64,000 bases of DNA from a virus (Duplodnaviria > Caudoviricetes): positions 8,738 through 72,737 of the IMG/VR virus record IMGVR_UViG_3300011008_000040; one strand, given 5' to 3'. Shown here piece after piece: positions 37,001 through 47,383 of this stretch; positions within the stretch are counted from its first letter, which is position 1; each line of letters begins with the position of its first letter. The translations under genes and the position numbers were made by a program. The notes below the pieces were generated by a model. The model was not told the DNA's origin, searched no databases, and was given only the letters and a program-made list of their open reading frames with translations.

Positions 37001-39268
37001 TATTGCATCAGATGAACTTCCAGATAGAGCAGTTAGTTCAGGAGTCGGCAATTTCTCTTCATTAGCAATTGTAAGAGGAACATCGGAATATGCAATGATT
37101 ATACCCCTTCCTCCGTCTCTACCAGGAGTTCCATATCGCCAAGTGTTGTAATTATAACCATCAAATGACGGTCTACCAAATGTGTCAGACTTTCTATGAA
37201 CTAACTTGTTTGAAGCATTATAGTAATTCTCATTACAAAATGCTCCCGGACCAGTTCCGCCTTCTGCATTAGCGCCACACCCGGCATTTCCGCCATTACC
37301 TCTATCAGTTTCCTCTTCTGGAACAAGACCATACGTTGAATTAGGAAGCGACTCATTCAGAACGAATTCCTCATAGTCTGCGGCATTTCTACTTGCTGTT
37401 TCATCAAGGTATGAAGTAACAGCTGGGGCTACAGCACTGCCTCCATTGACATATGCCATGCCTCCGCTTCCTCCACCTCCACCAGCTTTGAGGTCTACAT
37501 TTGAATGTTTAAAGAAGAAATTGTATCCTTTAGCACCTTTTCCGCCATAGTATCTAACGCCATTGTATACAACATCTTCGCCATCTTCGCCTTCTCCAGT
37601 ATCTCCTCTTCCGCCTTCTCCTCCATCAATTCCTTCTTTGCCAGTTTTTCCGTATACATCATTAGTATATGGATTCATGACTCCGGACTTGCATCTGTAT
37701 GCTTGAGAATCACCAGAAGAATATACTGTCTCGTCTGGGCAAGTAACAGAAGATTCTGTGTGGTTCAATCGATACCAATATCCAGTGTTGTCATACCCAT
37801 TTGTGCCTGTTCCACGCATACCAATTGAACAATGATAAGCACCTGCAGTAGGATTATTAATAACAACTTCTCTAATACTGCCACCTAGCCCAGGCTGACC
37901 AGCTTTTCCTGGTTCACCGGGAGATGAATCAATTGTAAGTTGCCCACCTTCCTCGCCTAAGCCGGGAGGAGGAGAACTCATTTCGCCTTTTAACCCACCT
38001 TGGCCGCCTGCTATAATAACAAAACGAAGTTTAGTGCAACCTTCAGGAACAATAATGTCACAAGGTTCAATTGCTTCAATATAATTAGTATAATTGTTGC
38101 CAAACCACTGCGACTCATAACCTGAAATAAATTCAGAAGTAGCTTTAACAAAAGAAGATGCATAAGTAGTAACTTTACGCAAATATGCCGTTACTTGTTC
38201 TCCAAATGCATCCAGAAAAGTATACCGATGCCCAACTGCCTCATTCACTATTTTAATATCGCCGCTTACAATTTTTGCAGAACTGTAATAGGCCATAATC
38301 CGATTCGCAACATTCTCACTATTGAGAACATTTATAAGCGTAGCATCGCTGATTTTAACTGTGTACTCTTCGCCATCAGTCTCATTTATCCTGCTAATGG
38401 AGCTCATGTTGTCATAATAAGGTACGCCAACTACAGTTCCAATTCCACTAACTACTACAAAATTAGGATGAGCAAGTTCGATAACCATACTATCCGTAGT
38501 TCTTAAACTTGGAACATAAATAGGGGCTTTATCAAATATAACTCTCTTATGGCTAACTGGAGTCGAGCTTGTATTATCAAATAGAGTTACTTCATCTTCA
38601 CTTTCATCAAACTGATAACTATGCTCAACAACCAACACCTCTGTTGCAACTGCAGGATAGCCTACTTTTCCGTCAATATAGATACGATCAGAATCAATTT
38701 CATCTGGCTCGTCTTCTGTTTTAAGGAAAGTAAAGCGCATATCCCCATCGGCATCTCTAAGAATAGAAATGTTATGAGCAAACATTAGCTGATGAAGGTT
38801 GTCTCGTCTGGATTTAAAAGGCAAATATCCAAATACCTGTGTCACTGCGACATCTTCGTCAATGCTGTATTCAACAATATTTCCAATTATCTCTTCCAGA
38901 ACATCCGATACAGTTTGACCTGTGTAAACTCCGCCAATATGTGACGATTTTGCAAGAAGCCCTATTGCTGACACACACTCAAGTTTAAATTCTATTTTGG
39001 TTACACGGGTAATCTCGTTAATAAAGAATTTATAAACAAGAGTTCCATTTTTAAAATACCAAACAGGGGTTCCAAATGGCAGCGTTCTAAGGCCATCAAC
39101 ATCTACTCCCCTATAGTAAACATTAACAGAAAAAGTATCGATTGAAAGCTTATCACCTATAATGTCTACATCCTGAATGGTACTAGGTTCTTTAATATCA
39201 TTATTTACAAAATAAAAGCTGGGATTTGCTAAGTCACTAATATAGATTTCGTAACTAGGAACGGCCAT
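34040..39268 (-). CDS. Tail tip / host-specificity protein with FN3 repeats
   Basis: 1742 aa after Dit; Gly-rich segment; repeated W..V..A..Y.LERK...Y.YRL.A.G. Confidence 0.85.
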   Translation of the reverse strand: MAVPSYEIYISDLANPSFYFVNNDIKEPSTIQDVDIIGDKLSIDTFSVNVYYRGVDVDGLRTLPFGTPVWYFKNGTLVYKFFINEITRVTKIEFKLECVSAIGLLAKSSHIGGVYTGQTVSDVLEEIIGNIVEYSIDEDVAVTQVFGYLPFKSRRDNLHQLMFAHNISILRDADGDMRFTFLKTEDEPDEIDSDRIYIDGKVGYPAVATEVLVVEHSYQFDESEDEVTLFDNTSSTPVSHKRVIFDKAPIYVPSLRTTDSMVIELAHPNFVVVSGIGTVVGVPYYDNMSSISRINETDGEEYTVKISDATLINVLNSENVANRIMAYYSSAKIVSGDIKIVNEAVGHRYTFLDAFGEQVTAYLRKVTTYASSFVKATSEFISGYESQWFGNNYTNYIEAIEPCDIIVPEGCTKLRFVIIAGGQGGLKGEMSSPPPGLGEEGGQLTIDSSPGEPGKAGQPGLGGSIREVVINNPTAGAYHCSIGMRGTGTNGYDNTGYWYRLNHTESSVTCPDETVYSSGDSQAYRCKSGVMNPYTNDVYGKTGKEGIDGGEGGRGDTGEGEDGEDVVYNGVRYYGGKGAKGYNFFFKHSNVDLKAGGGGGSGGMAYVNGGSAVAPAVTSYLDETASRNAADYEEFVLNESLPNSTYGLVPEEETDRGNGGNAGCGANAEGGTGPGAFCNENYYNASNKLVHRKSDTFGRPSFDGYNYNTWRYGTPGRDGGRGIIIAYSDVPLTIANEEKLPTPELTALSGSSSDAISVLAQNLVEGYRYYIERKILSAGPAGSSTPGDDGGAAYLEFSNNKMLGIWEPRGYFDVPSGDDEYTFTDDGTQSAYPPKKNATYLYRIRTYGDEDHGESERSNEVVVGFGLDYYPVNPIKGAFPIYSGDAAKIYLLTDISKPVTAATAYENFEVRKPENPQWYSLVKSQASRMGALDSVSTASIGKEFDYRLFVSGPDKLSSQFSNVVSAIMPEVSNKLFAPFIYDPAPYVYGGYSYTILWFIYGDSRAETTYFEYRRHDRSWWSSFGFSALAGRTETTKYGTLHNAKLTSSRTTYDFRAYNTAENYETSDSHIIVYEEPETALKWFETADFVVENGSVIFTWSEVDHAASYKILRKLEAEPQSSYVTVYNSSALTFTDTSAVAGETYIYLMFPVAETGYYDGPPGGFLVLIENGNAGGRCEPPVLTSTYIYDPLAFIELNWEAVPHAEGYMLERKKGDGLYDILEASLSPETTSYIDMTTEYLSEYSYRLTALGNNANYGDSELSNAVTVIAMNGDIITLAPPVFELSVADRFAGSVQISWSFVSGAQSYYIERKVSYDAGADWTRIQVSSATRQYVDTGTTYGVTYDYRMKAIGNEINVFSSDYSEITVFEVPDPYAGLIWLNPVSITLAQVTDVNTVTASWGTNSNAIGYKLERKLASDTVWSTIYSGPATSYSDANLTWGAEYDYQITALGDYVTFRDSVPMDDSIEIEQPVAQQLATPVMSGVETTVSGSKAVELTWDLVANASSYKLERKLSTDSEYTVVSDQLSSMAVSYTNVGLIGGRTYQYRLKAIGDGIYYTDSAYSNVVEVEIAWTTHLDVFIDGVGQYPYSVNTTNEQYLNIMGSGTQVPFSGGFVSETNAGVWGQKWNSVISTQLVYYGGFKVNTQIDLTNYSIIQIKAKKPTSAEAHYPNVGSGNGMLYLYARETVGYTTGDAKLLSLTTDYAIYELDVSNFTGNYTIGVESVVTNPSAATEIWIEDLILYG

Positions 39269-39272
39269 CGCA

Positions 39273-39665
39273 TCACGTCCTTTGCGGCTGCATTGGGACG
39301 AACTTTATGTCCATCTCATCCCAGCGTTTATAATCTGCATAAAAACCCTTATAGACATCAGTCCCGCTCAATATCTTCGCATCAAATGTCATTGTCGTCT
39401 GACCAAATGGCATTGTGATAGTATGATAATCAACAGGCTCTGAAATCTTATAATAAAATGAATCGTAATCAGTAGGATACTCCGGATCTGCTTTGACTTT
39501 CATAGAATATTCATAGGTTGTACCTATAATATCTCTAATAGAACGTCCTGAAATAGCTGTTCCGGAGTTTCTACCTTCCATAAGTTCAAACGAGCGTTTC
39601 AGTGTGTCATACTCCACCAGAACGCGATAAGTAATTGAATCAACCGTAATTCTGGTTGCGATCAT
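39273..39665 (-). CDS. Distal tail protein-like
   Basis: Located between the tape measure and tail tip genes. Confidence 0.65.
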   Translation of the reverse strand: MIATRITVDSITYRVLVEYDTLKRSFELMEGRNSGTAISGRSIRDIIGTTYEYSMKVKADPEYPTDYDSFYYKISEPVDYHTITMPFGQTTMTFDAKILSGTDVYKGFYADYKRWDEMDIKFVPMQPQRT

Positions 39666-39674
39666 AAACTCACC

Positions 39675-42600
39675 TCACGCATTAATTAAACTTTCACCTA
39701 ATCTGTTACCTTCTACAACAATAGCAGGCTGAAGAACAGCCGCCAGCTGAGCAAGAGAACCATTAAAGGTCATATTAACATTTACTGGCCGTTCATTGTT
39801 CACATCTGACATCGATGCCAGAGAAGTCGGGTCAATCGTTGCCACAAGTCCTTGACTTGCTTTATCAACTTCTGCCTGCTGCATAGCACCATACCCATAA
39901 GAAATATCGCCAACTGCACCAAGAGCATACTTGTTAGCTGAAAGGAAGTCAGTAATCTGTCGTGAACCTTCCTCAACATTACTAAGGTCAAGTACAGGCG
40001 TAATAGTTGGGTTGGTTTCGAGATCTGCAGTTAAAGCCTCGGCAATTCTTGTCATAGCATTTGACGCTGTATCAATTGCCATTCCAGCCATTTCTTCAGT
40101 TGACTTGACAACAGATCTAGTCTCAGATTCAATGCCAATAGCCATACCCAATGCCATATACTCACCTATCCGCATAAATACACGCGAAGGTGAACGAACA
40201 GAAAGGGCGTTACTTACTATATTCGTTGCTGTTGTTGCAATTGTATATGCTGCCGAATAAACAGATGCTGCTCCACTCCAAAGACCATTTGCCATACCAA
40301 TAGACATATTATAGCCTATTGTATTAAACCAACCAGTTGGAGCATTAGCGCCGTTATACGCATTAGCGCCAAGATTATACCCTGCATTATAAGCTGATCC
40401 TTGACCAGCCATAATGCCTCTAACAAAGTTATTAGCTATGTTAATGCCGGCATTACTTGCTGACATTGCCGCATTGTTGAGGGAAACGGTAAGATTATTT
40501 ACCATAGTAATGCCTGCAGCGCTTACCATTCCCATACTATTTTGAATTCCATTGGCAAGATTCATTGACATCTCATTACCAAGATTCAACATAGCCGCTT
40601 TCAATGACACTCCAAGAGTAGCAATCTGTCCAGCTACCTGAGAAAGGTTAGAAAGTGCCTGAGCATAACTAGCAATATTTGAAGCATCTCCTGTGAACTT
40701 ATTCTTATTAAGTTCTTTTACGCCTTTAGCTACCTCAACCAAACCTGTTCCAATACTGATAAGAGGTATCGACGCAAGAGTACCAATGCTTCTTCCAAAA
40801 TTCTCAATTCCAGTTCCAATAGCAGTAATGCTATCGCCAACACCAGACAAACTTGCAGAAATAGCATCAACACCAAGACTAATCTTCTCAAGACCGCCCT
40901 GTATACTTACACTTAAACCGTCAAATGCTACGCCTATCATAGCAGCAAGAGCATCAATTCCGGCTCCGATTGTTACCGCTCCAGCTGCAATAGCTGCTGA
41001 AACAGCCTGAATCGCCACGCCAATACCTTCACCAAGAAAATGTATACTGGCTCCAATTGCTTCATTAGCCGATGCAATTCCTTGACCAATAGCTGCAATT
41101 CCAAGAGCGATACCTGCTCCAATACTTGCTATGACAGCTGTTATTCCAGCTGCAACTGCTGCTAAAGCAACCCCTATACCTAATCCGATTGCTCCTATTG
41201 CTGTTCCGACAGATACTCCAAATCCAGCAATAACTGCTTCGATGCCTAAACCTAAAGCCGTAATTGCTACAGCAGCAACTGCTAGACCTGCAGCAAGAGC
41301 TACTACAGCAACAGCAGCAAGGGCTAATGCACCAGCTCCTGCTAAAATTGTAGGGCCTAATGCGCCAAGAACCATTAATGCAGCTACTACAATACCTAAT
41401 GTGGCTGCCAGTACTACAAGCCCTGCTATGCATTCAAATCCTTGCTTAGAAATAAGAATAAATGCTTCTAATGCTGCTGCCATAAGCAACAACGACGCAG
41501 AAACTATTGCGATTGCAGCTGCAGCTGCAAGAACAGATGGGCCAACGGCTCCTAAGACAACCAATGCTGCTGTCACAACCGCTAATGCGCCAACTAAACG
41601 CAATAGTCCGTCAGCAGCGGCGTCCTGTTTAGCTATTAGTGTAAAAGCTTCTAATGCTACAGCTAATACCAATAGCGATGCTGCCATAACGCCCATTGCC
41701 ACAGCCGCAGCAAGTAGTGCAACAGGGTTTACTAGCTTTGCCAACAATGCAAGCGAACCACCTGCAAGAAGGATCGAAATAGCCATAGTGCTAAGAGCAT
41801 TGGCTGTACCTTCCATATTACTTACTAGTGTAAATAATGCTAATGCACCGGCAAGAACAATAAGCGCGGCCGCAAATATCAAAATAGCTGCAGAAGTAGC
41901 AATAAGAGTCGCCGGATTGACCTTCAATGCTTGAATCGCTTTAGAAAAGCCAATTAGCATTCCTCCAACGCTAGCAAGTGCTCCCGTCATAATTCCAAGA
42001 GCAGTTGCCAACTTTTCAGGTTTGATTGCTGAAAGAACTACCAATGAAGCCGTCACAAGTGCTAAGCCTGCTCCAAGCATCAAAAGACTTCTTGAAACTG
42101 ATTCGATTGTCTTTGTAATTGTGCTACCACCCTGAGGAAATAGCATTCCAAGAAGTCCGCCTGAGTCACCGAATAGAGATCCTCCAAGCAAGCCCTTCTC
42201 TTTAAAACCAGAAACAAATTCACTAACAGCTTTCAGAACTTCACCGATATTGTTGCCAAGATTCGGAATCACTTTTGCAAGCTTCAGAGCCTGAACACCA
42301 ATATACCCAGCGGCTACTTTTAAAGCATCTCCAAATGAGAAGTTGCTGAGCATCTTCCTCAAAGTGGCTATAATATTGCTGAATAGTTTAGCAATTCCTT
42401 CAAATACATTTGTAACGCCATTTAGGTCAAGAGCATTCTTAATGCCTGTCCATAACCCTGAAAAGAACTGCTTAACTGGTTCTAGTACCCCTTTAAGGTT
42501 GCCAATTTTGCCAATGAAATTAGAAATCGCATTAGTAATTTTCTGAAATGGAGTAACACCATCATCTGTTGTCTTAAAGAAATCAGCAATAACTGTGCCG

Positions 42601-44435
42601 ACACCCTTAAGGCGATCGCCAATTGCTTTAAGGCCTTCGCCAGGCTGCCATTGCTCAAACTTAAGTCTGAGCTCCTCTATTTTACCAGCAAAGAAATTAA
42701 TAGCCTCAGCTGCAGTGGCTGAAACGTTGCCAAATAACTCTGTTAAATGGACTGTTTCAAGGAAATCGCCTACTCGATTAAAACCAGAAGTAAATAATTC
42801 TATTACATTTTTACCAAAACGCCCAACTGCGTTCACTGCTGGACTAAGCGAACTAAGAAAATCTTTAACTATTCGACCAACATTTTGAAGAACACGTCCG
42901 ACACTCTTCCCTAAACCAAACACAGTGTCTAAAACAGTTTTAAGTTTTTCACCTGCTGGAGTTAGTTCTTTACTATCACCAACATAAAGTCTAAACGCTT
43001 CTGTAAACTCTTTAAACCTCTGAGTAATATTTAAAAGAGTTCCGGCATTAAGTTCGCCAAAAAAGTTAGCCCATCTATCTTTAACTAAATCTAATAACTG
43101 CTTAATATTTGTAAGAGAATTAATAATACCATCAGCTAATTTCTGTTGACCGCCATAATCAGCCCATATCTTAAGCAATGAATTTCTTGCTTCTGTCCCA
43201 TGTGTAAAAATGTCGTATAGACCTTCAGCAACACCAGACCACAAAGTCTTAGCCTGATCATACTTACCAAACAGAAGTTCGAAAGTCTTCATCCAGCCAG
43301 AACTAACAGCATCCTTAGTTGCATCTATAGCATCTCTGAACGTTCTTGCTTCCTGAGCAGCTTTGTAAGTTTCAAGACTAAATTTGTATTCATCACTTGC
43401 CAATTTCTCAATTGACTGGGACAAATACTCAGATAGTTCAGCATTGCCTTTAAGCTCTTCTTCACTAATATCAAGAGCTTCGGCCATTTCTTTTGTAGTA
43501 AGCTTACCTTCCTTTTGAAGGTCGACAAGCTCGACCATGTCTTTAGCCCAAAGACCAGTTTGATCATGAATCTGTGAAATGAGTTCGGCAGCCTTACCAT
43601 ACTCAGTAAGAACGCCTTTTTCACCAACCAATGTCTGAGTGTCAAGCCAACCTTCGGCAAGCGTTTCTCTAAAATTAGAGACTGTAACAGCAGTGTTCTT
43701 TCCGGTCGTTACAATCTGATCCCCTACTTTTTTTAATGTGCCAGATGCAAGACCAGCCTGAATAGCCATCTCTTTGAACTCTTTGGTTCCCATATTAGCC
43801 AACTCAACTGATTTCCAGTCTTGAAGCTTAAGAGAACCCATGCCAATAGCCTGAGCAAGATTGTACATTACTCGGCTAGCTGTTCCAGCATTTTGACCTG
43901 ATCTAGCAGCCCAAGTAGCGATACCCTCCATTGCGCCCATGGCATTTTCCAATGGCACATCATTTGCTGTGAATTTACCAATGTTATTAGCCATATCGGT
44001 AAAGTTATAGCTAGTTTCATCAGTAAAGTAGAGCAGTTTCTCCATTTGGCCAGAAACTGCTTCGACATCAAGACCTGTTGCAGCCATAATAGTTGCAACA
44101 TTTGATGTCATTTCACCGTACTTTTCCCAACCTGCACTAATCTGGTCAATTGAGAGACTTTTTACAAGTTTTTCACCAAGATCAACTGCCTGAGCGCCTA
44201 TCCGCATCAAAGCACCCATAGCAATTGCTTCAAATGCAGAAAACTTCTCTCCGGCAGTAGCCACGGCATCACTTACGGCACCAAAATTAATCTTAGACCC
44301 AACGTCCTCAAACTTGGAAAAATTTAAGGCCTGTTTTAATTTATCTAAAGTTCCAATACTTGTCTGAACATTCTTTTCAAACTGCTGGTTGTCGAACCGC
44401 ATTTCTACAGTCCGGCTATCAATTACAGTACTCAT
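39675..44435 (-). CDS. Tape measure protein
   Basis: About 1586 aa, Ala/Gly/Leu-rich; start MSTVIDSR in an ATGA overlap. Confidence 0.93.
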   Translation of the reverse strand: MSTVIDSRTVEMRFDNQQFEKNVQTSIGTLDKLKQALNFSKFEDVGSKINFGAVSDAVATAGEKFSAFEAIAMGALMRIGAQAVDLGEKLVKSLSIDQISAGWEKYGEMTSNVATIMAATGLDVEAVSGQMEKLLYFTDETSYNFTDMANNIGKFTANDVPLENAMGAMEGIATWAARSGQNAGTASRVMYNLAQAIGMGSLKLQDWKSVELANMGTKEFKEMAIQAGLASGTLKKVGDQIVTTGKNTAVTVSNFRETLAEGWLDTQTLVGEKGVLTEYGKAAELISQIHDQTGLWAKDMVELVDLQKEGKLTTKEMAEALDISEEELKGNAELSEYLSQSIEKLASDEYKFSLETYKAAQEARTFRDAIDATKDAVSSGWMKTFELLFGKYDQAKTLWSGVAEGLYDIFTHGTEARNSLLKIWADYGGQQKLADGIINSLTNIKQLLDLVKDRWANFFGELNAGTLLNITQRFKEFTEAFRLYVGDSKELTPAGEKLKTVLDTVFGLGKSVGRVLQNVGRIVKDFLSSLSPAVNAVGRFGKNVIELFTSGFNRVGDFLETVHLTELFGNVSATAAEAINFFAGKIEELRLKFEQWQPGEGLKAIGDRLKGVGTVIADFFKTTDDGVTPFQKITNAISNFIGKIGNLKGVLEPVKQFFSGLWTGIKNALDLNGVTNVFEGIAKLFSNIIATLRKMLSNFSFGDALKVAAGYIGVQALKLAKVIPNLGNNIGEVLKAVSEFVSGFKEKGLLGGSLFGDSGGLLGMLFPQGGSTITKTIESVSRSLLMLGAGLALVTASLVVLSAIKPEKLATALGIMTGALASVGGMLIGFSKAIQALKVNPATLIATSAAILIFAAALIVLAGALALFTLVSNMEGTANALSTMAISILLAGGSLALLAKLVNPVALLAAAVAMGVMAASLLVLAVALEAFTLIAKQDAAADGLLRLVGALAVVTAALVVLGAVGPSVLAAAAAIAIVSASLLLMAAALEAFILISKQGFECIAGLVVLAATLGIVVAALMVLGALGPTILAGAGALALAAVAVVALAAGLAVAAVAITALGLGIEAVIAGFGVSVGTAIGAIGLGIGVALAAVAAGITAVIASIGAGIALGIAAIGQGIASANEAIGASIHFLGEGIGVAIQAVSAAIAAGAVTIGAGIDALAAMIGVAFDGLSVSIQGGLEKISLGVDAISASLSGVGDSITAIGTGIENFGRSIGTLASIPLISIGTGLVEVAKGVKELNKNKFTGDASNIASYAQALSNLSQVAGQIATLGVSLKAAMLNLGNEMSMNLANGIQNSMGMVSAAGITMVNNLTVSLNNAAMSASNAGINIANNFVRGIMAGQGSAYNAGYNLGANAYNGANAPTGWFNTIGYNMSIGMANGLWSGAASVYSAAYTIATTATNIVSNALSVRSPSRVFMRIGEYMALGMAIGIESETRSVVKSTEEMAGMAIDTASNAMTRIAEALTADLETNPTITPVLDLSNVEEGSRQITDFLSANKYALGAVGDISYGYGAMQQAEVDKASQGLVATIDPTSLASMSDVNNERPVNVNMTFNGSLAQLAAVLQPAIVVEGNRLGESLINA

Positions 44436-44818
44436 ATCGTCGTAATCTCCTTCCAAGCAGTTTCTGCAATTTGATCAAACAATGGTTGCATTGCAGGATT
44501 TATATAATCTCGACCTCTAACATAACCACCATTTCTAGTCCCATGACCATATTGAAGAATGATAGCTATATTGACGCCCTTGTTTTCATTTGTGTTGTAC
44601 CATTCAATAGAGGCAGAATCCTTAGATCGAACAATTCGATACTCCCAAGATTCAGCCGTCTTTCCAGATTGTCTTGGAGTTGCTGCAGCAAGAGCAGCGA
44701 CACCCTGCCGCCCATATTTGTCTAATTCTCCAAGTTTTACTACATTCAGGAGCTTTTCAAAATATTTGTTTGTTCTTGAAAAATCTCCTTTTTGATGAAA
44801 TGTAATCACGGTGCTCAC
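44432..44818 (-). CDS. HK97 gp10-like tail component
   Basis: TPRQSGKTAESW...QYGHGTRNGGYVRGRDYINPA. Confidence 0.7.
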   Translation of the reverse strand: MSTVITFHQKGDFSRTNKYFEKLLNVVKLGELDKYGRQGVAALAAATPRQSGKTAESWEYRIVRSKDSASIEWYNTNENKGVNIAIILQYGHGTRNGGYVRGRDYINPAMQPLFDQIAETAWKEITTI

Positions 44819-45367
44819 TTATCCTTTGGAATTATGCGCTTTCCGTCTTGATGCATTAAGTGCTGCATTCCTATTCATTATCTCACGCTTGCTCATCTTC
44901 TTAGGCGGAGTATTCTTAATACTGCACACCTTAATAAGCGTCAGTAGACGGTTAAGATGCCACTTTTCGAACTCAACAGGAACGTTGTATGCGATCATCC
45001 AGTAATAAATTAACTCGCTTGTTATGATTTCAGTACTTGGCTTTGCCTTCTGCAATTCATTAAAAGTAGTAGCTGTCATTGGATCATCTATGTATGCTTG
45101 AATCTTATCGCAATTAGCTTGCGTTAGATTGTAATATACATTCGGATCTACATTCTGGGTGATCGTCATGCAACGAATGTAATCAATAATCTCTTCCTGT
45201 GACTTAGGATTCTTCTTTGAAGACAAAAATGGCTTGTGCCACCTTGACTCCCATTTTGAAAGAGATAAAAGGGAATGCTCTAACTGCAACTTTTGCTCTT
45301 TTGTATAAACAAATTCGCTTGTAGCTTCATTAAACTTTTCAGTTCCCGGAACCACTATAGTAAGCAT
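44819..45367 (-). CDS. Tail assembly chaperone (downstream)
   Basis: Located before the tape measure gene; EKWHLNRLLTLI. Confidence 0.65.
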   Translation of the reverse strand: MLTIVVPGTEKFNEATSEFVYTKEQKLQLEHSLLSLSKWESRWHKPFLSSKKNPKSQEEIIDYIRCMTITQNVDPNVYYNLTQANCDKIQAYIDDPMTATTFNELQKAKPSTEIITSELIYYWMIAYNVPVEFEKWHLNRLLTLIKVCSIKNTPPKKMSKREIMNRNAALNASRRKAHNSKG

Positions 45368-45391
45368 TCCCTTTACCTCACCTATATAGAT

Positions 45392-45787
45392 TTACTGAAC
45401 TAATGTTTTTACGTTAGTAGCTTCCTGAACTTCACTTGGAAGGATACCTTTAATAAATGCAGCTGCCTTATCTGCATCTGTAACAAGTTCCATATACAGC
45501 TGATCATACGCAAGGGTCTGCTCAAATGCTTCAGAAATCTCCTCAGACTTAATAAAACGCCTTCCATCCGGGCTTTTCTGACCATATGCAATGTGCAGAA
45601 TCTTAGCAAACATGTCCATTATTGCATTGCCATCTTTGGTATTAATAATGGTTCTAAGCATCTGCTCAAGACCGCCAGGAACAGAAGTCTGAAGTTTCAT
45701 TAGCTCAGACTGTGTCAAATTAAAGTAAAAATCTTCTTCCAGTTCATTATCGTTGAAATCACGATATTTAATTGTCTTCTTTAACAT
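45392..45787 (-). CDS. Tail assembly chaperone
   Basis: Located after the major tail genes; acidic, 131 aa. Confidence 0.7.
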   Translation of the reverse strand: MLKKTIKYRDFNDNELEEDFYFNLTQSELMKLQTSVPGGLEQMLRTIINTKDGNAIMDMFAKILHIAYGQKSPDGRRFIKSEEISEAFEQTLAYDQLYMELVTDADKAAAFIKGILPSEVQEATNVKTLVQ

Positions 45788-45808
45788 CCTTATTCTCCTT
45801 TTTAAATT

Positions 45809-45844
45809 AAAAGGAGGTCCAATCGTCTCTCAGAAAGGACCTCC
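45809..45844 (-). terminator. Rho-independent terminator
   Basis: GGAGGTCC...GGACCTCC-TTTT after the major tail genes. Confidence 0.7.
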
Positions 45845-45853
45845 AATTGTTAA

Positions 45854-46504
45854 TTAAGTAAGCGCAGCTTTGATCGCGTTCGGAAGAGGAAGGGTAGCCG
45901 GATTACTTGCATCACCATAAAGTGTATCCAGAAGAGCTTCGAGTTTCGTCGAATTGCACTTCGTAGAATCGATAATAACGCAAGCAGTCGGCTTGAAACC
46001 AGTCACATCTACCGGAGTTGTTGTGATCTCCCAAGAGAATGTAATCGCCTCAGGAGAATCGTTAATGGTCTGATAAGACTTCTCAGAAGGAGATGCTTTG
46101 CAGCCATAAAGAATATGAATCTTATAGCCATAGTCCTCAGCAGCTACATCATTACCAAGAGCAGTTCTGTAGCAGAAACCAAAAGACTTTCTAGCCTGCT
46201 GTCCAATGTTCATGCCAGCAACCGGAGTTGCAGAACCATCACACTGAGCAAACTCATCAGGATAGGTATAAGCTTCAATTGTTGCGCCGAATTCCTCGAC
46301 AGAATACAGATTAAGGTACTTAATATCATCAGCATAGATAGCAGTTGCTTCAGCACCAGAAGGACTCTCTGTTACAGAAGTAAGACCGTTCCATGCTACA
46401 CCATTGGCATAAGTACCGTTGGCATTCTGAACATAGAGAACACCATTACGTATACCGGTTTCATAAAAATGCTCACCGGTTTTATCCCATTGCAGTCTAG
46501 CCAT
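45854..46504 (-). CDS. Major tail protein paralogue 2
   Basis: MARLQWD..GE..YETG..GVLY...IYADDIKYLNL. Confidence 0.85.
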   Translation of the reverse strand: MARLQWDKTGEHFYETGIRNGVLYVQNANGTYANGVAWNGLTSVTESPSGAEATAIYADDIKYLNLYSVEEFGATIEAYTYPDEFAQCDGSATPVAGMNIGQQARKSFGFCYRTALGNDVAAEDYGYKIHILYGCKASPSEKSYQTINDSPEAITFSWEITTTPVDVTGFKPTACVIIDSTKCNSTKLEALLDTLYGDASNPATLPLPNAIKAALT

Positions 46505-46525
46505 TTGTATTTCTCCTTACTTCAA

Positions 46526-47365
46526 TCAGGTAATCGTCAGAAGAGTCTTGATCTCATCCGGGAACGGGAGTCTCGGTTTGCCATCCCAAGCACTAGTTGT
46601 GGCGATCTCAGTAAAGTTATTTGCAATAGACGGAGTCGTACCAGAAACAGTAGCTGTCGTGCAAACATAATACTTAGAAGAACTCGTGCAGGTATCGCCA
46701 AGCGCATAGCTGTTACTAGAGCTGAACGCAGTGCTATCTGCACCATACAGATATGCTTCAAGAACAGCAAGAGCGGCCTTGAGCGCAGCATCTGTAGCAG
46801 GTGTAGCACTAGCAAACTTCGTAGAATCAATAACCACTGTGGCTGTCGGCTTGAAACCAGTAACAGCAACAGGAGTGGTCGTCAGTTCCCAAGAGAATGT
46901 AATCGCTTCCGGAGAATCATTAATGGTCTGGTATGCTTTCTCAGAAGGAGATGCTTTGCAGCCATAAATGATATGGAGTTTGTAGCCGTAGTCTTCAGCG
47001 GCAACGTCATTACCAACAGCAGTCCGATAACAAAGACCAAATGTCTTCCTGGACTGCTGACCGATTTCTGCACCAGTGACAAGAACAGCAGAGCCGTCGC
47101 ACTGACCAAATTCATCGGGATATGTATAAGCTTCGATTGTTGCACCGAATTCTTCAGCTGAATAGAGATTCAGATACTTAATGTCATCTGCATAAATAGG
47201 GGTTGCCTCGGCACCAGAAGGGCTTTCGGTAACAGCAGTGAGGCCATTCCAAGCTACGCCTTCAGGATAATCGCCATCATCCTCATCAAGGAGATAGAGA
47301 ACGCCTTTGCGTACACCAGTTTCATACAGATGTTCACCAGTACTATCCCATACAAGTTTAGCCAT
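46526..47365 (-). CDS. Major tail protein paralogue 1 with an extra C-terminal module
   Basis: Same motifs plus an approximately 60-aa Ser/Thr-rich insert (SYALGDTC..KYYVC). Confidence 0.85.
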   Translation of the reverse strand: MAKLVWDSTGEHLYETGVRKGVLYLLDEDDGDYPEGVAWNGLTAVTESPSGAEATPIYADDIKYLNLYSAEEFGATIEAYTYPDEFGQCDGSAVLVTGAEIGQQSRKTFGLCYRTAVGNDVAAEDYGYKLHIIYGCKASPSEKAYQTINDSPEAITFSWELTTTPVAVTGFKPTATVVIDSTKFASATPATDAALKAALAVLEAYLYGADSTAFSSSNSYALGDTCTSSSKYYVCTTATVSGTTPSIANNFTEIATTSAWDGKPRLPFPDEIKTLLTIT

Positions 47366-47383
47366 ATTAAAATAGCCTCCTCA

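Noticed and set aside
29981-39268. A second DGR target in the tail-tip or fibre genes
   Set aside because: No TR-like sequence or WNIGGR-type ending found by eye in these genes
45360-45400. Programmed -1 frameshift between the tail chaperones
   Set aside because: The ORFs are separated by 24 nt, the second has its own RBS, and no clear slippery heptamer precedes the first stop
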